64,000 nt of DNA from a virus (Duplodnaviria; Caudoviricetes). Within the stretch, counting starts at the first letter, position 1; every line of letters starts with the position of its first letter. The stretch lies in IMG/VR virus record IMGVR_UViG_3300020577_009322, positions 64,001 to 128,000 of that record; one strand, 5' to 3'. Below, in pieces: positions 38,340-44,657 of the stretch. Made by a program: the position numbers and the translations under genes. A model generated the notes under the pieces. It was not told where the DNA came from. It saw only the letters and a program-made list of their open reading frames with translations, and did not search any database.

Positions 38340-38397
38340 TGATTTAATATCTCTCTCTTACAAAGAGAAGACGGCAGTTTGATTCTGCACAGGGGTA
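38325..38397 (+). tRNA. trnV: tRNA-Val(UAC)
   Basis: tctct-ctTACaa-agaga; overlaps HNH stop. Confidence 0.8.
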
Positions 38398-38402
38398 CAA
38401 AT

Positions 38403-38474
38403 GGTTCTATAGTGTAATGATTAGCACAACTCTCTTCTAAAGAGTTAGTATAAGTTTGACCCTTGTTAGGACTA
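38403..38474 (+). tRNA. trnR: tRNA-Arg(UCU)
   Basis: actct-ctTCTaa-agagt. Confidence 0.75.
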
Positions 38475-38514
38475 CAGATGAGTTACCCTTCTCCGTGTAT
38501 TAAAAAGGGATAAT

Positions 38515-38589
38515 GTCTGAATAGCTGAGTTGGTTTCAAGCACTTGACTGTTAATCAAGAGTAGTTGGGTTCGATCCCCAAATCAGACG
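38515..38589 (+). tRNA. trnN: tRNA-Asn(GUU)
   Basis: cttga-ctGTTaa-tcaag. Confidence 0.9.
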
Positions 38590-38595
38590 CTTTAT

Positions 38596-38666
38596 TGTGC
38601 GGTGGTGTAATGGTAGCATATTGGGCTCATAACCCAATGATGAAAGTTCGACTCTTTCCTGCGCAA
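38596..38666 (+). tRNA. trnM: tRNA-Met(CAU), initiator-like anticodon stem
   Basis: ttggg-ctCATaa-cccaa (three consecutive G:C pairs). Confidence 0.85.
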
Positions 38667-38669
38667 CTT

Positions 38670-38885
38670 ATGAAAAATTACATAGAAGATCAAATTAGAA
38701 AAGGTTACAGGGTATACGACCTTAAAGAAATACTCGGAGAAACACCAATGCAATCAGATATAGATAATTTGATTGAAAAATTAGGTCCTAATAAGTTAGG
38801 TGAAGTTGATGAAAATGGTTATCTTTACGTGAAAACAGATCAATCGTGGAGAAATATTTTAGGACAGCGGATGGAGAAATGGTGA
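38670..38885 (+). CDS. Hypothetical protein (start MKNYIEDQ)
   Basis: Track ORF N-terminus overlaps tRNAs; ATG right after tRNA-Met. Confidence 0.6.
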   Translation: MKNYIEDQIRKGYRVYDLKEILGETPMQSDIDNLIEKLGPNKLGEVDENGYLYVKTDQSWRNILGQRMEKW

Positions 38886-39319
38886 ATATAATCTCTCACT
38901 GTAGAGAAATATTAGCAAAAGAACCAGATGCTAAGATATTAATTGGAACTGACTCACAGGATGAGGATGGAAAAAGTAAGTATTGTACTGTAATAGTATT
39001 TAGATATGGATTACGTGGTGCTCACTTTATCTACAGTAAGGATGATAGGAAAAAGATAAGAGATATTTTCACTCGTTTATTTACTGAGTGTGAGTACTCA
39101 CTAGAAATTGCTGAGCATATAACTAAGAATACTAGTTATAAAGTATCAACAATAGAGTTAGATTTCAATGATTTCAAGAAGACAAAATCAACACCTTTAA
39201 TATCAGCAACAAAGGGATGGTGTGAATCTTTAGGTTACTCAGCTACTCTAAAAAGTGGTGAAATGTTTGCTTGTAAAGCAGCAGATCATATCCTAAGACA
39301 TCCATCATTATATAAATAA
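38846..39319 (+). CDS. RNase H-like YkuK (DUF458) family protein
   Basis: LIGTDSQ, RLFTE, IELDFN, CKAADH. Confidence 0.8.
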   Translation: MEKYFRTADGEMVNIISHCREILAKEPDAKILIGTDSQDEDGKSKYCTVIVFRYGLRGAHFIYSKDDRKKIRDIFTRLFTECEYSLEIAEHITKNTSYKVSTIELDFNDFKKTKSTPLISATKGWCESLGYSATLKSGEMFACKAADHILRHPSLYK

Positions 39320-39347
39320 TACTTTCAAACAAAAATAAATTTAGTAA

Positions 39348-39421
39348 GCAGTATACGCATAAATGGTGGTGCACCAGTCTTCCAAATTGGAATAGAGTCA
39401 GTTCGATCCTGACATGCTGCA
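39348..39421 (+). tRNA. trnG: tRNA-Gly(UCC)
   Basis: ccagt-ctTCCaa-attgg. Confidence 0.85.
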
Positions 39422-39483
39422 CCCTTAAGAGAGATTAAATAAAGTCTGCAGCTTTTGGCCAATATTGGTTCTCTCTTTTGCAG

Positions 39484-39555
39484 GGCCCTTTCGTCTAATG
39501 TGTAGGACGACGCTCTTTCCAAGCGTAGATTTCGGTTCGAATCCGTGAGGGGCTA
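39484..39555 (+). tRNA. trnE: tRNA-Glu(UUC)
   Basis: acgct-ctTTCca-agcgt. Confidence 0.85.
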
Positions 39556-39561
39556 CAATAA

Positions 39562-39635
39562 GGTCTATGGATGTGGCAGGGTGTGGCTACTGGATTGTCA
39601 ATCCAGGGAGACGGGTTCGATCCCCGTATAGACCG
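39562..39635 (+). tRNA. trnD: tRNA-Asp(GUC)
   Basis: ctgga-ttGTCaa-tccag. Confidence 0.85.
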
Positions 39636-39692
39636 CAACGAGGAACATGGTAATTCATGTCTGAGGCTGAAAGAAGCAATCCCCTCGTCTAT

Positions 39693-39765
39693 GCTTCTAT
39701 AGCTCAATGGTCAGAGCAGGACGCTTATATCGTCAAGGTTTCCAGTTCGAGTCTGGATAGAAGTA
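39693..39765 (+). tRNA. trnI: tRNA-Ile(UAU)
   Basis: ggacg-ctTATat-cgtca. Confidence 0.8.
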
Positions 39766-39770
39766 CATAT

Positions 39771-39843
39771 TGGAGTGTAGCTCAAATGGTAGAGCGCCTG
39801 CCTGATACGCAGGAGGTACAGGGATCGTTACCCTGCATTCCAA
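39771..39843 (+). tRNA. trnI: tRNA-Ile(GAU)
   Basis: cctgc-ctGATac-gcagg. Confidence 0.85.
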
Positions 39844-39970
39844 CGGAGTGTTACGCATAGCCTCTCAACGATGTAGCGTTTCTCCTCGGTAGCCCGTCGA
39901 CGTAATCCGAGACAGTTCATTACCTAATAAGAATGAGTTAGGGAGATATGGGAAACCTGCTCCCGATTTT

Positions 39971-40043
39971 GGGGATAAAGCTCTAGTGGATGAGCATCTG
40001 CCTTGCACGCAGAAGGTTAGGAATTCGAGTTTCCTTATCTCCA
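39971..40043 (+). tRNA. trnA: tRNA-Ala(UGC)
   Basis: tctgc-ctTGCac-gcaga; G3:U70. Confidence 0.9.
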
Positions 40044-40089
40044 CAAATAAATTTGGTAAATATAAATATTTGTAGTATTATATAATATA

Positions 40090-40161
40090 ATGAAGAAACT
40101 ATATACATATTATTCGTTAAGTCTCTTGTCCTTAAATGGACTAGCTAGGAATACTATGTGA
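40090..40161 (+). CDS. Attenuator leader peptide 3 (MKKLYTYYSLSLLSLNGLARNTM)
   Basis: 11 of 12 consecutive codons are Leu/Tyr/Ser, matching block 3 tRNAs; contains the antiterminator agctagga. Confidence 0.8.
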   Translation: MKKLYTYYSLSLLSLNGLARNTM

Positions 40162-40192
40162 TAACAGTGGGCAATCGTTAGATCATTCGTGT

Positions 40193-40223
40193 AAATCCTG
40201 GCTTTAATTAGTCAGGATTTTTT
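40193..40223 (+). terminator. Attenuator terminator 3
   Basis: aaatcctggct-ttaatt-agtcaggattt plus T-run, just before tRNA-Leu. Confidence 0.88.
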
Positions 40224-40227
40224 ATTT

Positions 40228-40301
40228 GTGGGTATGGCGGAATTGGAATACGCAACAGGTTTAGACCCTGAAATTTAAGAGTTCGAGTCTCTTTACCCAT
40301 A
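40228..40301 (+). tRNA. trnL: tRNA-Leu(UAG), short variable arm
   Basis: acagg-ttTAGac-cctga. Confidence 0.85.
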
Positions 40302-40307
40302 CTATAT

Positions 40308-40381
40308 GTCCTTGTGATGGAATTGGAATACATGTCAGACTTAAAATCTGAATTTTACGGGTTCGAGTCCCGTCTTGGACA
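40308..40381 (+). tRNA. trnL: tRNA-Leu(UAA), short variable arm
   Basis: tcaga-ctTAAaa-tctga. Confidence 0.85.
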
Positions 40382-40386
40382 CATAA

Positions 40387-40469
40387 GGAAGAGCGCATTG
40401 TGAGAGCTTATCCGTCCTGAAAACGGTGAAGGTGTAATAGCTGTGAGAGTTCGATTCTCTCCTCTTCCG
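40387..40469 (+). tRNA. trnS: tRNA-Ser(UGA)
   Basis: tccgt-ccTGAaa-acggt; long variable arm; atypical D-arm. Confidence 0.8.
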
Positions 40470-40474
40470 CTTAT

Positions 40475-40557
40475 AGAGAAATGACAGAGTGGTAATGTAG
40501 CAGTTTGCTAAACTGTAGATGGTAACACATCCGTGAGTTCGATCCTCACTTTCTCTG
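40475..40557 (+). tRNA. trnS: tRNA-Ser(GCU)
   Basis: gcagt-ttGCTaa-actgt; long variable arm. Confidence 0.9.
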
Positions 40558-40562
40558 CAGAT

Positions 40563-40646
40563 GGGTATGATGGTAAATGTGGTTAAATCAGGAGACTGTA
40601 AATCTCTCGTCATTAGACTGTTGGAGTTCGATTCTGTACATACCCA
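40563..40646 (+). tRNA. trnY: tRNA-Tyr(GUA)
   Basis: ggaga-ctGTAaa-tctct. Confidence 0.9.
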
Positions 40647-40662
40647 CAATTATTTTTTTATT

Positions 40663-40706
40663 TAAATGGAGTCTTGTACCTTTGTTGGGCTAAGACTCCA
40701 TTTTTT
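40663..40706 (+). terminator. Terminator ending the tRNA array
   Basis: aaatggagtctt/aagactccattt plus T-run. Confidence 0.8.
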
Positions 40707-40853
40707 GTTCAGGCAGGAGGATACACTATGAAAATAGTGCTACTACGTCTAAGGATGCTTATGTCCCCTAAGTAGATTGGGAGGGGGCTGGGGGGTGGGT
40801 CAGAAAATAAATTAAAAATAAATTTCGCTATATCAAATATTCATTGTAACTTT

Positions 40854-41036
40854 GTGGAAACAAAACAGAAAAATATGACAAAGAAAATTACAGAACACTT
40901 GAAAAGAAACAACAGTTATTTTAAATGGTCAGCTAAAAGATTAGCAGATAAGTTTGGTTGTTCAGAAAGAACTATCACAAATATTATCAAGACTCTTGCA
41001 CCAGTTAAGAGAACTTATTTAAATAACTTAAAGTAA
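40854..41036 (+). CDS. Small HTH protein
   Basis: SAKRLADKFGCSERTI. Confidence 0.7.
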   Translation: METKQKNMTKKITEHLKRNNSYFKWSAKRLADKFGCSERTITNIIKTLAPVKRTYLNNLK

Positions 41037-41040
41037 GAGA

Positions 41041-41877
41041 ATGTTTAAGAAGGAAATAGAAGCTTTTTTACTAGAAAAAAGAGGATACTTGAAGAAGTCA
41101 CCTTTACATGTGGCTAAAGCTATATGGAAATCTTCAATAAAACACAGTAAACCAAAGACTCAAGCAGATGTAGAGAAAGAATTAGAGGTAATCAAGGATG
41201 TTCAGGCCACAATGAGACTAGTAACTGTCCATCCACAGGATTCTGCAGATAACAGTATTTTGGAAGCTTACGAAAAGATAGTAGCTGAGAAAAATCGTCC
41301 AAGAAAAAAGTTATTCTTTGATCTAGAAGTATCAGCTAATATCGTATTCTCTTGGAGAATTGGTAAGGATGTAGATCTATCACCAGATAGTATTATTCAG
41401 GAACGAGCTATTATATGTGCTTGTTATAAGTGGGAAGGAGATGATAGAGTTTATTCTCTAAAGTGGAATAAAGGTGATGATAAAGATTTATTAGAAAAAT
41501 TCTCAAAAATTATAGATTCAGCAGATGAGGTAGTTACCCAAAATGGGGATGCATTTGATATTAAGTGGTTAAGAACACGCTGTATCTATCATGGAATTCC
41601 AGTATCACCAAAGTTCAATTCAATTGATACTTTAAAAATGGCCAGAAGTGGGTTTAAATTTAACTCCAATAAATTAGATTATATGGGAAAGTTTCTGTCA
41701 CTTGGACAGAAAATAAAGACAGAATATAATTTATGGAAGGATATTACCTTAAATAACAGTAAGGTGGCTATGGATAAGATGGTTGAGTATTGCAAACAAG
41801 ATGTTACACTGTTAGAACAGGTATATCAAAAATTACAGGCTTTCTCACCAGTTAAGAAGTTCAAATACAAACTGTAA
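41041..41877 (+). CDS. RNase H-like (DEDD) 3'-5' exonuclease
   Basis: FFDLE, QNGDAFDIKW, IDTL, YCKQDV. Confidence 0.85.
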   Translation: MFKKEIEAFLLEKRGYLKKSPLHVAKAIWKSSIKHSKPKTQADVEKELEVIKDVQATMRLVTVHPQDSADNSILEAYEKIVAEKNRPRKKLFFDLEVSANIVFSWRIGKDVDLSPDSIIQERAIICACYKWEGDDRVYSLKWNKGDDKDLLEKFSKIIDSADEVVTQNGDAFDIKWLRTRCIYHGIPVSPKFNSIDTLKMARSGFKFNSNKLDYMGKFLSLGQKIKTEYNLWKDITLNNSKVAMDKMVEYCKQDVTLLEQVYQKLQAFSPVKKFKYKL

Positions 41878-41899
41878 TAAAAGTCCAAAACTACTGATT

Positions 41900-41930
41900 A
41901 CCCCTTATTCTTAAGGGGTTTTCTGTTTTT
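41900..41930 (+). terminator. Intrinsic terminator
   Basis: acccctta-ttct-taaggggt-tttc. Confidence 0.7.
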
Positions 41931-42018
41931 AACATATGAGGTTAATTTGTGTTTCTTATTAATTTTTAGTATATTGTAGTAGGAATAGTCCATAATTAAA
42001 TAATTTTATAAGTGAAAT

Positions 42019-42540
42019 ATGTATTCAAATGATTTGAAAGCTCCAAGAATGAAAAAATCTAAGTATACAGAACATGTTGTTACTGAAGATTTATATAGAG
42101 CTTTTAAGAAGAAGTTTCCAGAATATAAGAGGATGAAATGGAGAGAATTTTCAGATAAGTGGAATGATATAGCTGAGACTATTAGGCAGGAAGCCATTAC
42201 TAATCCACTGGGAGTAAAGCTGGGAAGTTATACAGGTGAACTAAAATTACAGTTCCATAAACCTGACCAGAAGATGTTAAATATTCCTCTATCAATGAAG
42301 TTAGGAAAAGCTATAAATTATGTTAACTTATTAACTAGAGGAAAAACGGCATCAATACGATGGGAAAGAAGATGGGCTGTAAAATTTAATAAAATACTAC
42401 AATTCTTTGCCTTCTCCCCTTGTAGGGAACTACATAAAATGGCCAAGAAACAAGTAGATACTAATCCAGATCGGTTAAGAATGATACGCCCAACTACCGG
42501 AGGATTTCATGTCTGGACTGAAATAAAAAAGAAGCTATGA
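42019..42540 (+). CDS. IHF-like protein of the crAss tail module
   Basis: GVKLG..GELKL pattern; synteny. Confidence 0.55.
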   Translation: MYSNDLKAPRMKKSKYTEHVVTEDLYRAFKKKFPEYKRMKWREFSDKWNDIAETIRQEAITNPLGVKLGSYTGELKLQFHKPDQKMLNIPLSMKLGKAINYVNLLTRGKTASIRWERRWAVKFNKILQFFAFSPCRELHKMAKKQVDTNPDRLRMIRPTTGGFHVWTEIKKKL

Positions 42541-43211
42541 CAAAGCGTACAGCAATAGATTTATTTAGGGAAGAATTAAGAGAAAGAAACGCTGATTCTA
42601 AATATAGTAATCAGTTTCTTTATAATGAGTTAATTAAACATTCTAGATGGCTAATTAAAAGAGAGGTATCTGGAGGACGTATTTATGTAAATAACTCATT
42701 CTTTCAGACCCTATCTTGTATAGAAGTAATAGAAACTTCTACAATAGATACATGTTGTCCAGTTAAGACAAATTGTAAAATATATCGTACAAAAAATAAG
42801 TTACCAGATATGTGGACTGATAATGGGGGACCTATTATCAAGGCTATAAACTCAGTTGATAATACTACTAAATTTATCTTTACTAATCCAACTACATGGC
42901 AAAGTAAGAGAAATGATCCATATTTAAAAATGGGAGATAATAAATATGTATTTTATAGTGATGGGTATTTATGGTTTCCTGAACATAATCCTCATCGTAT
43001 TAATGTATATAGTTTCTTTACTGATGATATTTCAGATAAAAACGAATGTACAGAAAATAAGTCATGTGTTCGTTTTTTAGATACTAAATTTATGTTACCA
43101 GATTGGTTAGAGGCAGAAATGTTTGCAAAAGCCTTAGAACAGGTAGCAGGAATAAGTAAGAAATTGCCTGAAGATGAACAAATCGATAAGAATGTTAACA
43201 GAAAAAATTAA
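42537..43211 (+). CDS. Putative tail ring protein
   Basis: Synteny in the crAss tail module. Confidence 0.55.
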   Translation: MTKRTAIDLFREELRERNADSKYSNQFLYNELIKHSRWLIKREVSGGRIYVNNSFFQTLSCIEVIETSTIDTCCPVKTNCKIYRTKNKLPDMWTDNGGPIIKAINSVDNTTKFIFTNPTTWQSKRNDPYLKMGDNKYVFYSDGYLWFPEHNPHRINVYSFFTDDISDKNECTENKSCVRFLDTKFMLPDWLEAEMFAKALEQVAGISKKLPEDEQIDKNVNRKN

Positions 43212-43339
43212 TATCTCAAGAATTAAAAGAAAGATGGAGTAAAATAAAATTGGGAAAGAAAATATCCAATGAAACCAAACTCAAAATGTCAGAAGCTGCA
43301 AAATCAGCATGGACAAAAAGGAGAAAAATATGTCTATAA
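43211..43339 (+). pseudogene. NUMOD3 homing-endonuclease remnant
   Basis: ISQELKERWSKIKLGKKISNETKLKMSEAAKSAW. Confidence 0.55.
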
Positions 43340-44175
43340 ATGATAAAACGTTTGATCATCGTCCAATAGAGGAACTGATGGCAATTGTTAAAAATGACTT
43401 TAGAAAATTTGATGCTGAAAATCTAATTGATGAAGGTAATCTTATCAAGACAGTAATGTATTGTAATGACAAGCTAGGTATCCCTATTAGGGAAGTTAGG
43501 GAAGTGGCTATTCCTGTAGAGGATTTTAAGGGAGAATTACCTAAAGATTTTGAGAAAATATATTATGTGTGTGGACTACAATGTAGTAATACAGCTGTAA
43601 GAATAGATAAAAATCCATTTGATAATAATGTTGATCAGGATGTTATTTATAATGCGCACTTAAATAGAGATCAATTAGGGTGTGTAGAAAATTATCAAGT
43701 TGTTGTTGAAAGAAAAAGTAAAGAAATTGTTTATAGATATGGAGAATGGACTACTTTAGAGGTATCACCATCTTCTCATAAACACTGTCATATAGATTCA
43801 CCGAATAAAAGGAAACATGGAAAATATCAGGTAGAAATAAATGATGATCATATAAAGACACCTTTTAGAAGCGGAATCCTATATATAATGTATATAGGAA
43901 TGATGAAAGATGAGAATGGAAATATTACATTTCCTTTCCATCCTATGATTACACCTTACTACGAATGGACAATTAAGGAAAAAATCTTAATGGATATGAT
44001 CTTTAATAGTGATGGAAATGTAGGTGATATGTTAAAGTTGGCTCAACAAGAACGTCTAAAAGCATGGTTAGATGCATTTAATTTTACTACAGAGAAGGGT
44101 TATGGGGAGTTTGTACAATATCAGAAGAAAAAAGAATTAGGTTGGTACAATAGATGGTTTAAATATTTACAATAA
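43330..44175 (+). CDS. Tail tubular/ring protein
   Basis: ELPKDF, YIMYIGMMKDENG motifs; synteny. Confidence 0.6.
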   Translation: MSINDKTFDHRPIEELMAIVKNDFRKFDAENLIDEGNLIKTVMYCNDKLGIPIREVREVAIPVEDFKGELPKDFEKIYYVCGLQCSNTAVRIDKNPFDNNVDQDVIYNAHLNRDQLGCVENYQVVVERKSKEIVYRYGEWTTLEVSPSSHKHCHIDSPNKRKHGKYQVEINDDHIKTPFRSGILYIMYIGMMKDENGNITFPFHPMITPYYEWTIKEKILMDMIFNSDGNVGDMLKLAQQERLKAWLDAFNFTTEKGYGEFVQYQKKKELGWYNRWFKYLQ

Positions 44176-44657
44176 TGATATTACATTTATCAAAAGACGT
44201 TAATTATGAAACGTTTAATGCTTTAGTTAAAGCTTTTAACGCATTAACTACAAATGATTGTTTACATATATACTTTACTTGTCCTGAAGGAGGATTAACA
44301 GATGTTTCCGAAGCTATAATAGATTTTATTAATAAAAATAAAGATTATATAGGAATGACTTTTTATGGTGAGTTGTTTTCATCAGGAATGGTAATTTTCT
44401 TATCAACACAATGTGAGAAGAAAATATTACCATTTACTAGAGGAATGTATCATTTAGCATGGCAACAAATGGATATAGCAGAGAATGGAAAACCGTCTTC
44501 AGAATATGATATATTTTCAATGAAGGAAATGAGAAAATCTAAAGAAAAGAATCTTTCTTTTCTTAAAACTACAAAATTATCAGAAAAAGAAATAAATGCT
44601 ATTAGGAAAGGAAAAGATGTCTATTTTTCTTATGATCGTATGTTAGAATTATTATAA
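44175..44657 (+). CDS. ClpP-like serine protease
   Basis: YFTCPEGG, ELFSSG (Ser), GMYH (His), KDVYF. Confidence 0.7.
   Translation: MILHLSKDVNYETFNALVKAFNALTTNDCLHIYFTCPEGGLTDVSEAIIDFINKNKDYIGMTFYGELFSSGMVIFLSTQCEKKILPFTRGMYHLAWQQMDIAENGKPSSEYDIFSMKEMRKSKEKNLSFLKTTKLSEKEINAIRKGKDVYFSYDRMLELL

Noticed and set aside
38403-38474. Possible amber-suppressor tRNA (CTA in the loop)
   Set aside because: Stem register actct/agagt gives loop cttctaa and anticodon UCU (Arg).
39638-39689. Hammerhead ribozyme
   Set aside because: Lacks the CUGANGA and GAAA-stem-UH arrangement.
36177-40649. Track ORFs overlapping tRNAs (36177-36452, 39325-39522, 39495-39707, 39657-39860, 40341-40649)
   Set aside because: Spurious reading frames across tRNA genes.
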